Shown: piece after piece, positions 29,662 through 41,342 of the stretch
Position numbering within the stretch: the stretch's first letter is position 1
Layout: each line of letters begins with the position of its first letter
Assembly: GCA_963737655.1 (NCBI GenBank)
Contig: CAVTTN010000002.1
Coordinates: 1,312,001-1,376,000 of the forward strand
Length of the DNA stretch: 64,000 bases
Source of the DNA: an uncultured Planctomycetota bacterium
GTDB taxonomy: Bacteria; Planctomycetota; Planctomycetia; Isosphaerales; Isosphaeraceae
Direction of reading: 5' to 3'
Notes under the pieces: generated by a model
The model's database searches: none
What the model saw: only the letters and a program-made list of their open reading frames with translations
What the model was told of the DNA's origin: nothing
Position numbers and translations under genes: made by a program

Positions 29662-32539
29662 GACGGGCTCCCTCCGGCTTCGCGAGTCCAGGCCGAGCGG
29701 AGGGCGGCGGCGATCCGAACCCGGGCGTCCTGGAGCTGGGCGTCGGTGATCCCTCGACCGGAGGCCGAGCGGAGGGCCTCGGCGATCCGGGCCTCGGCCC
29801 CCGGGGTCGGCGGCCCTCCGATCAGGGAGGCCGGGCCGAGCCGGGTGCCGTCGGGCAGCCAGGCCGCCAGGGTCGATCGGAAGGCGTGGAAGATCGCCAC
29901 GACCGTCCCGGAGGCGTCGAGGATCGCGACCTGGCCGAGCACATCCACGAGCGCAACCAGGCCGCCGGCCTCGGCTTTCGCCACGAACCGGGCCCCGTCG
30001 TAGGCCACCCCTCGGGTCACCGGGACGGCCATCGCCCGGCCGGTCACCTGGCGGACCTCGGCCTGGGCCTTGCCCCCGTGGGAGGTGAAGCTCAGGGCCA
30101 GAGGGCCGCGGTCCCATCGGATCAAGTGGACATGCTTGCCGGCTTGCAAGACCAGGCCGCCCTCCCCCAGGCTGGCCGAGAGCCGGGGATGCACCCGGGC
30201 CTCGGTCGTGGCCAGCCGGGCCGTCGCCCCCCCGCCGACGTCGTGGACCTCCAGCCGTCGCGGGCCGACCCTCCGGGCGATCCTCCGGCCGTCCCGGCTC
30301 AGGGCGAACGCCCCGTCTCGGGGCCCGACCGGATAGGCGCCCACGCTCTCGCCCGAGGGCGAGAGAAAGACGCGCAAGGCCCGGCGGCGCAAGGCGTCTT
30401 CGGCGAGGACCGCCAGGACCAGCCGCCGCCCCCGGGCCTGGAGGACCCGGCCTCCCAGCAGGTCGGGGCGGCCGTCGGCCAGGGGGACGAACGGCGACCA
30501 CGTCCCGGCCTCGGTCCGGGCGAAAATCGTGCCGGTCGCCCCGTCCAGGCGGAGCGCATCCCCCTCCGGCGGCAAGGGGAACCCCTCGGACACGATCGGC
30601 AGCCTCGGCGGAGGGACGCCCCGGGCCCGGAACGCGGCGAGCCGGGCCCTCTCGGTCGCCCGATCGTCCGGCCCGGGGCCTCGGAAGCAGGCCGAGGGGC
30701 CGACGCTCATCAGGTCGATGGCGAAGGCATGCCTCGGGTCGTCCCGGACCCTCAGCACCACCGAATGCAGGTTGCGCAGATACACCCACTCATGACTGAT
30801 GGGAACCGGACCCTCGGGCCGTCGAGGCGGAGGCCCGAGCCGATAGGCGGTGCAGGTCCGGGCGTTCAGGTCGTAGTGGGCCGCCAGCCATTCCTCCTTG
30901 CGTCGCCCCACCACCACAAACCCCCCGGCTACCCCGATCACCGCCTCCACAGGCGCCAGGGGGCGGCCGTCGATCAGAGGCCGGGGGAGCATCTCCATCC
31001 CCGGTCCGTTGACCTCCCAGGCGTGGAGGAAGCCCATCGGCCCGGTCGCCGTGAGGAGCCAATCGCCTCCGTAGTCGAAGGCGAAGCGGTCGTCGTCGAC
31101 GGTGTGGGTGGCCCCCAGGCGGAACGGGAACCCGACCGGCTCGACGTTCCCGGTCCACGCCCCGCGTTTCGCCCGATCCGCTGCGCCCGGAAGGGGTTCG
31201 GGATCGCCGGGGATCGTCACCCGGCATCGGCCGACCGGGACGGCCGCCCCCCGGACGATCCGGGACAGCTCCACGGCCCCTCCGGCGTCCACGGCCACGG
31301 CGAAGAGACGGACGCCCGGCCCGAGCCGCCTCCCGGCGGCGATCACGTCGTCTTCGGCGAGGCTCCTCGGGTGGGTCAACAGGACCACGTCCCGGAGCCT
31401 CTCGGCCTTCGCCTCCAAGACCCTCTCCAGGGCCAAGCCGGGATGGGGGGACAGGTCGCTCGCCTCCAGAAAGGCGCCCAGGGCCTCCGGGCCCAGGTTC
31501 GAGGCCAGCTCCGCCCGCCCGTCGGTCGCGGTCGAGGCCAGGAGCAGGGGCCATTTCCTCCGGGCCGCCCCCCGGCCCAGGGCCAGGGCCGCCGCCGCCA
31601 GGACGAGCCGGACGTCTCCCCAGGTCCTCACCCCCTGGTCGATCAGCAGGAGGAGCTCCTCGTCGGTCGCCCGGTGCGGCTCCTCCCTGTGAAAATAGAG
31701 GAGCTCGTGCTCGGCGAACCGGCGGAGGAACTCCAGTGAGTCCAGGGCGAACTGGCTGGGCAGGATCGCCTCGGGCCGCCCTCGGGTCGTCACGTCGGAG
31801 TAGCCGCCGACGGGCAACGCCGTGGCCGCCAGACTCCGGGAGGGCAAGGTCAGGGCCCCGGCAAGATGGGCGACGAGCGGGGCGGACCGGGCGAGCCGGG
31901 GGCGCCCGAGGCCGCGTCGAGCGTCTCGATCAGGTCTCTGGGCCGCGCCTCCGCCTGGCGGGCCACCTCGTCCCCGGCCTCGCCGACCGGCCCTCGACCG
32001 TGGACGATCCAGTGCCGCAAGTCCTGATCCGTCAATCCGTTGAGTCGTTTCAAGATCCGCTTCTGGAACTCCTCGGGTTCCAGGGACGGCAGCTCGGCGA
32101 GCGTCGGCGAGGGGGACTGGCCCCTCCGAAGCAGCAATCGGCCGACGATCGCCTCCGGGTTCGGCGGATCGACGGCGCGGGGCACGTCGCGGGCCAGCAT
32201 CCCGCACAGGACGCCCGCCCCCCTCATCGGCCGGCCCGCCTGCCGGAACGCCGAGGCCAGGGCCTCCAGCCTCGCCTGCCCCGGTCCCAGGTCGGGCAAC
32301 CGCCCCCCGGCCCCGATCAGACGGAGCAGATGGAGGACATAGGCAAAATGCATGGGTGGGCGGGTCGAGTGAAGCCCGTGGAGGAACAGGGCCAGCTCGC
32401 CGCTCATGGCGAACGTCAGGCCGATCTCGGGCGACTCGGCCGAGTGCTCGATGGCCTCGCCGTCGGCCGACCAGCGGAGGCCGCCGAGCCACGTCCCGTA
32501 GTCCTCGGGGATGGCGAAGTATTCATCCAGGCGGCTCAT
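29658..32539 (-). CDS. MoxR-vWA-beta-propeller ternary system protein (bpX0/bpX1-like, vWA-like and beta-propeller); -1 frameshift at ~31910
   Basis: GGYSDVTTRGRPEAILPSQFA, FLRRFAEHELLYFHREEP and LLIDQGVRTWGDVRLVL (degenerate vWA). Frames join at ...ETLDAA/LGRPRLAR... ATGA overlaps on both sides. Confidence 0.72.
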
Positions 32540-33267
32540 GGAGCGGCCTCCGCCCCGGATCGCCGGATCGCCGCCCGGGAAACCGGCCCGAACCCCTCCA
32601 TCGCGACGATTTCGCAACCGTCCGCCTCGATCACGAGCAAATCGCCATCCTCGACCCCCAGGGCCCGGAGGATCGCCGGCTCGGGCAGGCCCGGATCGGG
32701 CCGGAACCCCAGGGGGCAGAGCAGCCGATCCCCCCAGAACCGCTCCGCGGAGGCGATCGGCGGCAAGGGATGGCCCCGGACGAGCACCTCGTCCCCGGCC
32801 CGAGCGACGGAAACGGCTCGCAGGGCCGCCGAAGTCGCCCAATCGGCCCATGCTTCCAGGTCGCTCCGCCGGCACCGGATCGCCGAGGCGGCCCGGGGTC
32901 GGTCGTCCCGCCGGAGCCCCAGCCGGACCGGCGACGGAGCCGGCTCATCGGCCCCAAGCGGCCGGACGGGCTGAGGGGACAGGGCCCGGACCAGCGGGAC
33001 CGCCCGTTCGGAGTCCAGAGGGGTGCCGAACGCCGGGAGCCGACCGCCCAGCGGGAACCACTCGCCCCCTCGTTCCTCGAAGAGATCGACCTCGGGGATG
33101 GCCATCACTCGATGGGCGATCCGCTCGTCGCCGTCCTCCCAGAGAACCCAGGTTCGCTCACCGTCCAGGATCACCGCAATCCCCGGCTCGCGGCGAAGAT
33201 CGGCCAGGGCCTCCAGAGACGAGGCTGGGAACCGGGCCGCTCGGGGAAGGTTCGGGCGTGATCCCAT
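32536..33267 (-). CDS. MoxR-vWA-beta-propeller ternary system protein (bpX2-like)
   Basis: Operon position and ATGA coupling; LVRGHPLPPIASAERFWGDRLLCPLGFRPDP resembles bpX2 members as recalled. Confidence 0.62.
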   Translation of the reverse strand: MGSRPNLPRAARFPASSLEALADLRREPGIAVILDGERTWVLWEDGDERIAHRVMAIPEVDLFEERGGEWFPLGGRLPAFGTPLDSERAVPLVRALSPQPVRPLGADEPAPSPVRLGLRRDDRPRAASAIRCRRSDLEAWADWATSAALRAVSVARAGDEVLVRGHPLPPIASAERFWGDRLLCPLGFRPDPGLPEPAILRALGVEDGDLLVIEADGCEIVAMEGFGPVSRAAIRRSGAEAAP

Positions 33268-33301
33268 CGGAGACCTCGTGAACGACCCTGAATTCAGGAA
33301 G

Positions 33302-33418
33302 GGCCTTCGGCATCCGCAGAGGACGCAGAGTTCGCAGATAATCCAGATTAAGTGAGAGACTCGACCTTCTTGATTTCACAATCTGCGAACGCTGCGTCCT
33401 CTGCGGATGCCGAAGGCC
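33302..33418. repeat. Long intergenic inverted repeat (38-bp arms, 1 mismatch)
   Basis: GGCCTTCGGCATCCGCAGAGGACGCAGAGTTCGCAGAT at 33302-33339 and its complement at 33381-33418. Confidence 0.85.
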
Positions 33419-33506
33419 TGAAATGCGGTTTTCGACGGCGGAATTGCTCATCCATTCGAAATCATGGCGAGCGGGAAAAACCCGCCGTGTCTCCTGGATG
33501 CTCCAT

Positions 33507-34634
33507 TCAACCCAGTCTCTCCAGGATCTCGGCGGCGCGTTTGCGGAGGTGGCCTCGGGGGCCGGGTTCGGCCAGCCAGGAGGCGCGGTCGGCCAGGTCG
33601 ACGACCCGTTCGCGGATTCGGGCGATGGCGGAGAGGCTGGGGGCGCCGCCGTCCAGCTCCTTCTCGGCCGCGTCCAGGGCGCGGGCGACCTCCTCGCCGT
33701 CGACCCGGCCGGGGACGGCGGCCAGGGCGTGCGAATCGGCCTCGTGGGCGAGCGGTTCGAGGACGCCGTCGATCAGCGCCCGGAGCGGCCCGATCTGCTC
33801 CTCGCGGTCCCAGACATAGCGCAGCGGCCAGAGGTCCGTGAGGCTCGCCGCCTTCCGGCCGCACAGCACGGCCGACGCCGCCACCAGCTTCAACAGCTTC
33901 ACCGCCCGGCGGTCCGAGACCGCGATCCCCAGGTCGCGGACGCGGAAGATGACCTCCGCGTACCGCTCCGAGACGGCCGAGAGGTCCACCTCGAAGACCC
34001 GTTGGGAGAGGGTGCGCAGGTCTCCGGCCGTCAACGACGAGGCGATCGGCGGGGCGTGCTCGATCTCCCAGCCGGCGGCCAGGAGCCGGGGCATCGATTC
34101 GCGCTTGAGGTTATCGACATGGCATCGCAACAGGAACCGATCGAACAGGGCCCGCAGCGCCTCGTCTTCCGGCAGGCCGTTGGAGGCCGAGAACAGCGAG
34201 AGCAGGGGCAGGGCGTGGACCTCCGCCCCCCGGCGATAGACCCGTTCGTTCAGGACCGAGAGCAGGTTGTTGAGGATCGCGCTATTGGCGTTGAAAAGTT
34301 CGTCGAGGAACGCGAATTCGGCCTCCGGGAGCATCCCGGTGGTCACCGTGGCCACGGTCCCCTCGCGCAACCTGGCCAGGTCGATGGGCCCGAAGACCTC
34401 GTTGGGCTCGGAGAATCGCGTGAGGAGATACTCGAAGTATCGGCCCTGGACGGCCTCGGCGAACTGGCGAATCAAGGCGGATTTGGCGGTCCCCGGGGGC
34501 CCGTGGAGGAACAGGTGCTCGCCGGCGACGGTGGCCAGGGCGATCAGGTCCACGACCTCGTCCCGGCCGACGAACCGGGCCTTCAGCGGCTCGACGACCT
34601 CGCGGCGGAGCCTCTCCACGGCCTCGTCGCTCAT
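33507..34634 (-). CDS. MoxR/RavA-family AAA+ ATPase
   Basis: EHLFLHGPPGTAKS (Walker A), YLLTRFSEPNEVFGP, AFLDELFNANSAILN (Walker B), ALFDRFLLR and VSDRR. Confidence 0.92.
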   Translation of the reverse strand: MSDEAVERLRREVVEPLKARFVGRDEVVDLIALATVAGEHLFLHGPPGTAKSALIRQFAEAVQGRYFEYLLTRFSEPNEVFGPIDLARLREGTVATVTTGMLPEAEFAFLDELFNANSAILNNLLSVLNERVYRRGAEVHALPLLSLFSASNGLPEDEALRALFDRFLLRCHVDNLKRESMPRLLAAGWEIEHAPPIASSLTAGDLRTLSQRVFEVDLSAVSERYAEVIFRVRDLGIAVSDRRAVKLLKLVAASAVLCGRKAASLTDLWPLRYVWDREEQIGPLRALIDGVLEPLAHEADSHALAAVPGRVDGEEVARALDAAEKELDGGAPSLSAIARIRERVVDLADRASWLAEPGPRGHLRKRAAEILERLG

Positions 34635-35230
34635 GAGGCCTCCCCCGCCACGAGGTCCACGAACTCGGCCGCCCGGCCCGAGGGCCTCCAGGAGGGGCGG
34701 CGGCCGCCGAGACGGGCGAACCTCTCGGCATAAAGGAGCATGAGCCCGGGATGATCGGTGAGGTCCGGCGGGGGATCGGGGCCGTCGTCCAGGTCGGCCA
34801 GGACGCCCGAGAGCGGCCAGAGCCTCATCAGGGCCGCCAGGGAGGAGACCAGCGAGTCTCCCGGGTCGATCCCCCGGGCCCGCCGGTAGATCCCGGGCAG
34901 GTAGCGGAACGTGAGGTCCGCCGAGAGGTGGTCCGAGGGCGAGGCCGGAGGGCGAGGCAGGGCCAGGGACCGGGCCAGCTCCTCGGGCCTCTCCTCGCGA
35001 TCGACCAGCGCCCGGCACGCCCGGAACACCACGGCCGCCGCGGCTTCGGCCACGCCCGGCTCGAACGGGATGGCGGGCCCGGCCACGTCCAGCGCATGGA
35101 CCGCATACGCCCCCTGGAGGACGTCGCGAACCACGCCCGGGGGCTCGGGGCCGTCCTCCCCCCGAAGGCCAAGCCGAACGCGGCCCTCGGAGAACAACCG
35201 GCGGAGGAATTCGGAAGGCACGGCGGTCAT
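34631..35230 (-). CDS. MoxR-vWA-beta-propeller ternary system protein (bpX4-like)
   Basis: LFSEGRV, SADLTFRYLP, WPLSGV and HPGLMLLYAER; ATGA overlap with the ATPase start. Confidence 0.7.
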   Translation of the reverse strand: MTAVPSEFLRRLFSEGRVRLGLRGEDGPEPPGVVRDVLQGAYAVHALDVAGPAIPFEPGVAEAAAAVVFRACRALVDREERPEELARSLALPRPPASPSDHLSADLTFRYLPGIYRRARGIDPGDSLVSSLAALMRLWPLSGVLADLDDGPDPPPDLTDHPGLMLLYAERFARLGGRRPSWRPSGRAAEFVDLVAGEAS

Positions 35231-35335
35231 GGATGCGGGCCCGAGCCGGACGGTTCGCCAGCGACGCCCTTCCAGGATACTGCAAGGGACGGCGGGAAGG
35301 GAGCGTCCTGTCGGGCGGAGCCAATCCATCCCGAT

Positions 35336-35481
35336 GTCGGGTGCATGAAATGCACCACCCATGCGGCGGCGGACGGCCGCCTGCCGCCTCGTTCCTGCCT
35401 CCTCATCACCGATCATCCGGGAGGAGGGTTCGGGAGGCGGCCGTCCGCCGCCGCATGGGTGGTGCCTTTCATGCACCCTAC
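35336..35481. repeat. GTAG-family REP doublet
   Basis: GTCGGGTGCATGAAATGCACC ... GGTGCCTTTCATGCACCCTAC with extended inner inverted arms. Confidence 0.82.
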
Positions 35482-38400
35482 TTACGACGACGTTCCTCCG
35501 GGGCGGCCAGCCGTTTGAGGAGCTCGGCGGCCTGGCTGCCGGCTTCTCGGCGGAGGGCGGATCGGCCCTCGTCCTTCAGGGCCCGGGCCAGCGCCTGGCG
35601 GTCGATCTTCGGCTTGGAGAGGGTGCCGCCGACCCTCATGGTCAGCTTCTCGTTCGGCCCGATCGCCTGGTCCGCCGCGAGGCCCAGCCCCTTCGCCGCA
35701 AGGGCTGATCCGAGAGGCACTTGCACCCAGAGATCGAGCGTCTTATCCAGCCCCACGGCCCCATCCACGCTCAGCGACGCCCCCCGGCCCACCGGGATCG
35801 TCAGCCCTTTCTGGTAAACCTTGCGGTCGGACATCGCCACCTTGACCGTCTCGTTCAGGACCACTTCGGGCTGGCGGCCGTTGGTTGCCAGGTCGAGGAT
35901 CTCCCGGGCTGCCGGGCCGGGGCCGAACCGGACGTCCTCGAACTGGACTTCCCCGGCCAGGGTGACCTGCCGGCTCGCCTCGCCGCCGATCGGGAACTCG
36001 GCGCGATCCAGGACGGCCGAGACCTTGCCGCGGACCTCCGTCGCCTCGTTCAAGATCGGCGCCGCGTAGGACAGCAGCCGCCGGGACACCTCGTCGTCGA
36101 TCGTCGCCCCGCGGACGGCCGAGCCGGGCAGGAGCCTCAACGTCGCGCCCGCCTCGTCGACCAGCGAGAGATCGGGCCTCAGATCGACGCGCCCGCCGTT
36201 GAGCGTCCCGACGATCGGCTCGAACGCGACTCTTCCGCGGGCCATGTGGAAGACGACCGGCGCCGGCCCGAGCCGGAGGCCGGAGGCGTCGGCGCGGACG
36301 AGGTCCAGCCCGCCGTCGGCCTCGATCTCGCGGAGGAGGTCGCCGGCCAGAGGCCCCCGGAGGCGGATCGGCCGGGCCGTCGCCTCGACCCTGGCGTCGG
36401 CCGACACGTTCGAGGCCACGAACGCATCGATCGTCGCCGGATAGACCGCGATCGGCCCCTGCAAGTCGGCGATCCGCCGCCCCGACCACTCGGCGATCGT
36501 CCCGGAAAGCCCGGCGTTGCCGTAACGCGTGGCCACCCCGAGCGCCGCCAGGGCCACGCGATCGGCCTTGCGGTCGTAGGTCGCCTGGATCGCCACGCCG
36601 GACGGGCCGTCCAGCCCCTTGGCCGTCCCCCCGAGCCAGGCGGCCTGGGCCCGATCGAGGATTCCCAGATCGGCGTCGATCCCTCCGTCGATCGTCAGGG
36701 GAAACGCGCCGAACAGGCCGCCGATCCGCAGCCCTCCGGCGGCGATCTTCAGGGAATCGCCCGTCAGGTTGGGCAAGGGTTCCAGCGCCACGGCCCCCTT
36801 GGTGGTGTCGAATCGCCCCTTCGCGGCCAGGGAGAGCGAGGCGCCGGGGTCGGCCGTGGTGAGCTTCCCCCGGAACTGGGCGACGTCGAGGATCGAGCCG
36901 TCCCAGGAGCCCCAGAGCCTCGCGTCGGCCCGGCCCGAGCGGTCCCCATAGAACACCGGCAACGAGCCGACCGCCGAGAGGGCCATCCCGGCCGTGGTCT
37001 GGGTGGCCGAGGCCGCCACCGAGGCATCCGGCAAGGTCACCGCCACCGTCGCCCCCGACCATCGCATCGGCAGCCCGTTCGGGGCGATCGGGCCCCTGGC
37101 CCCGGCCTGAATCCTGGCGAATTCGCGGCGGAACGGCTCGGCGGTCAGCCCTCCGACGGCCGCTCCTTGAATGTCCCCGCCCAGCTTCGCCGAGAACCCC
37201 GCCGCGTCCCGGCGATAATCCGCCTCGAACCGGCCTTTCCCGGCGAGGCGGACCCCCTGGAAATCGACGAGGTCATGGAACTCCCGCTCCAGGCCGGCGA
37301 GATCGACGGTCGCGACGACGTGGACGCCCTCGTCCAGCGAACCCGACCCCTCGGCCGCCAGCCAGGACGAGCGGATTCCCAGTTTCTCGACACGGGCCCC
37401 GCCGTCCCGGGCCACGACCCCGGCGGTCAGGCGGAACGGGTCGCGGACGGCGATCGGCCCGGCCCGGCCCGGGTCGTTGGCGACGAGGTCGGCGAGGTCG
37501 GCGACGACCTCAAGCCTCTGGGCCCCGGCCTCCTCGCGGACGTCGATCCGCACCCGGGCCGTCCCCGTCTTGAGGCTCAGCCCCTCGCGGAGCCGCAACG
37601 CCCGGGGGGCCTGGCGAGACACGGCGGCCAGGTCGATCCGGGCCTCGATCGAGCCGGGCGAGCCGGGAAGGGCCGGGATCGCCCCCCGGGTCCGCACCGA
37701 GCCGACCGGGCAGGCGAGGTCCAATCGCCGAACCGTCAAACCACTCGGGGTTTGCGCCAGGTCCCACGTCCCCCCGAGAGAGTCCACAGCGATCCGGTCG
37801 CCGCCGAGGGCCGGTCCGGTCGCCTCGCCGTCCAGGAGCCGGGCCTCGCCGGTCAGGGTCACCGATCCCGAGTCGCGACGGATGCCGATCGTGCCATCGA
37901 GCCGACCCCGGACGCTCACGCCGCCCCCCCGGGCCACCGCCGGCCACCGCCGGGCGGTCAGGTCCAGGCTCAACCCGGCCGAGGGGTCCAGTTGCCCCGA
38001 GACCGCCAGGCTTTCCCCGTCCCCCTTGCCCAGATCAAGCTGCCAGGTGATCGGCGCGTTTCCGGGAGGGACGGTGGCGGTCAGGTCCAGGCGATCGGCG
38101 ACGAGATGCTCGGGCAACTCCGGGCTGCGGAGCCGGAGCGACCCGTTCACGACCTTCACGACCACGTCGGGCCGGGCCGTCGGCGCCGGAGGAGGGGCGG
38201 GATCGGCGGGAGCCGCGACCTGGGGCGGAGGGCCGCCCAGGAGCGCCCGGACGAGGTTGATCGAGCCGTCCCCTCGCCTCTCCAGGTCCAGGGCCGCCCC
38301 TTCAAGGACCACGGTGCCGAGGTGGGGACGATCGGTCAGCAGATGCCACAACCCCCGATCCCACTCGACCTTCGGCGCCGAGACCAGCGCCTCGCCGTCG

Positions 38401-38642
38401 GCCCCTCGAAGGACCAAGCCCTCGGCCCGGATCGGCCCGAACCACGAGAATTGCAGGCTCGCCGCCTCGACCCGCCCGCCGCCGAGGCTCGAATCGACCC
38501 GGCTCATAATCGTCCGACGCATCGGGCCGGTGCCCAGGATCCAGGGCACGGAGGCGACCGCGCCGATCAGCAAAATCAGGAGGGCGAGGCCGACCTTGAC
38601 GAGCCGCCGTCGCCACCGCCGGACGGGGGGATGCACATCCAT
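35478..38642 (-). CDS. AsmA-like envelope protein (repeating beta-groove type)
   Basis: N-terminal membrane anchor, ~1050-aa beta-rich body and C-terminal DGAVGLDKTLDL...MRVGGTLSKPKID followed by an amphipathic helix. Confidence 0.65.
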   Translation of the reverse strand: MDVHPPVRRWRRRLVKVGLALLILLIGAVASVPWILGTGPMRRTIMSRVDSSLGGGRVEAASLQFSWFGPIRAEGLVLRGADGEALVSAPKVEWDRGLWHLLTDRPHLGTVVLEGAALDLERRGDGSINLVRALLGGPPPQVAAPADPAPPPAPTARPDVVVKVVNGSLRLRSPELPEHLVADRLDLTATVPPGNAPITWQLDLGKGDGESLAVSGQLDPSAGLSLDLTARRWPAVARGGGVSVRGRLDGTIGIRRDSGSVTLTGEARLLDGEATGPALGGDRIAVDSLGGTWDLAQTPSGLTVRRLDLACPVGSVRTRGAIPALPGSPGSIEARIDLAAVSRQAPRALRLREGLSLKTGTARVRIDVREEAGAQRLEVVADLADLVANDPGRAGPIAVRDPFRLTAGVVARDGGARVEKLGIRSSWLAAEGSGSLDEGVHVVATVDLAGLEREFHDLVDFQGVRLAGKGRFEADYRRDAAGFSAKLGGDIQGAAVGGLTAEPFRREFARIQAGARGPIAPNGLPMRWSGATVAVTLPDASVAASATQTTAGMALSAVGSLPVFYGDRSGRADARLWGSWDGSILDVAQFRGKLTTADPGASLSLAAKGRFDTTKGAVALEPLPNLTGDSLKIAAGGLRIGGLFGAFPLTIDGGIDADLGILDRAQAAWLGGTAKGLDGPSGVAIQATYDRKADRVALAALGVATRYGNAGLSGTIAEWSGRRIADLQGPIAVYPATIDAFVASNVSADARVEATARPIRLRGPLAGDLLREIEADGGLDLVRADASGLRLGPAPVVFHMARGRVAFEPIVGTLNGGRVDLRPDLSLVDEAGATLRLLPGSAVRGATIDDEVSRRLLSYAAPILNEATEVRGKVSAVLDRAEFPIGGEASRQVTLAGEVQFEDVRFGPGPAAREILDLATNGRQPEVVLNETVKVAMSDRKVYQKGLTIPVGRGASLSVDGAVGLDKTLDLWVQVPLGSALAAKGLGLAADQAIGPNEKLTMRVGGTLSKPKIDRQALARALKDEGRSALRREAGSQAAELLKRLAAPEERRRK

Positions 38643-38790
38643 GAATCTCGGCCTCCATGCCGGCTCGAAAATCCGGGGGGACGGGGCGCGCGGAATCGCG
38701 GCGAGGATCGACGGGCCGGGCCGATCTTATACATCGTCCGAACCGGGCGGCCAACGCCAGTCCGGCCTCCCGTCCGAGGGAAGAAGACCA

Positions 38791-38912
38791 ACCGCCAAGA
38801 CGCCGGGATCGCCAAGGGGAAGACGAGGAGAGGAAGAGAGTTCATGAATTCACCTTGGTTTTTTCTCTCCCTCTCCTCGTCTTCCCCTTGGCGATCCCGG
38901 CGTCTCGGCGGT
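38791..38912. repeat. Long intergenic inverted repeat (43-bp arms, 1 mismatch) just downstream of asnS
   Basis: ACCGCCAAGACGCCGGGATCGCCAAGGGGAAGACGAGGAGAGG at 38791-38833 and its complement at 38870-38912. Confidence 0.85.
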
Positions 38913-38921
38913 CCCATCCCC

Positions 38922-40331
<1,410 letters not shown>

Positions 40332-40430
40332 GACGGTCCCTTCGGCGAGGCGGCGAGGAGGAATTCCTCAACGACCCCGAGTTTGCCACCCGGAGGGCGA
40401 TCGGGCAAGCGGAAGGGCCGGCCTCGCCCC

Positions 40431-41306
40431 TCAGCCGCCGTCCCGCTTTCGCACCCGGGCGCCGGGAACGAGCACCGGGGCGGGCGTGTTCCGCGTCCGG
40501 CTGTAGACCTCGACGATCCGGCCCGGGCCCGGCGACACGGCGTTGGCCTTGTCGTCGCCGAACCGGAGGGTCAATTCGTCCCCTCGAAGCATGTAGAACC
40601 CCTTCCGCGTCTCCTCCCGCCACGCCGGCCCCTGGGGGTGAAGCCTCGTGTAGACGATCCGGGGCCAGGGGTCCCCCGCCAGTCGCTCGACCCGAACGAA
40701 CGTGCGGACGCCCGCCGTCTCCTCGGACCAGATCCCGTCGGCCACGACGATCCGCCTCTTGAGGGGCACCTGGTCGTCATCGGTGTAGCCCCAGAGCGAC
40801 TCCCACCGCCCCTCGAACTCCGAGGCCGGCTCCGGCTCCACGACCCGGCGATACACCTCGACCACGCGGCCCGGGGCCGGATCGACGCTCGGCGGGGGCG
40901 GGCCCCCCTTCCGGTCGTAGGCGATCCGAAATTCGTTCGCCTCCTTGCGGTACGACCCGACCGTGTGCGACAGGGACATCCAACTGGTGCCCCCCTCGGC
41001 GCAGATCCAGCGATCGAAGATCGGCAGGGCCGGCGAGGGGCGCCTCTCGACCTCCCAGTACAGGCTCGAATTCCGGATCCCTTCCCTCCAGGTCGATCCC
41101 TGGACGATCAGGGGGCTGGGATCGCCCGGTTGGAGCCCCCACCCCCGCGAGCCGGCCAGGGGGTCGCCCAGGCGCTCCGCGAACCGCCAACGCCCCTCGA
41201 ACGCCGACTGCGGCTCAACGCGGCGAACCGGGCCCTCGCCGAGAGGTCCGGCCTGGCAAACCAACAGGGCCATTCGCATCAGCAGAGCGGCCATCCGATC
41301 GAACAT
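40431..41306 (-). CDS. Hypothetical protein with two tandem lipocalin/TIGR03067-like repeats
   Basis: Internal duplication: FEGRWRF...PGRVVEVYRR and FEGRWES...PGRIVEVYSR; KGFYMLRGDELTLRF. Confidence 0.5.
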   Translation of the reverse strand: MFDRMAALLMRMALLVCQAGPLGEGPVRRVEPQSAFEGRWRFAERLGDPLAGSRGWGLQPGDPSPLIVQGSTWREGIRNSSLYWEVERRPSPALPIFDRWICAEGGTSWMSLSHTVGSYRKEANEFRIAYDRKGGPPPPSVDPAPGRVVEVYRRVVEPEPASEFEGRWESLWGYTDDDQVPLKRRIVVADGIWSEETAGVRTFVRVERLAGDPWPRIVYTRLHPQGPAWREETRKGFYMLRGDELTLRFGDDKANAVSPGPGRIVEVYSRTRNTPAPVLVPGARVRKRDGG

Positions 41307-41342
41307 CGGTTTTTTTCCGTTCGGCTTTCTGTCCGGCAGAAC

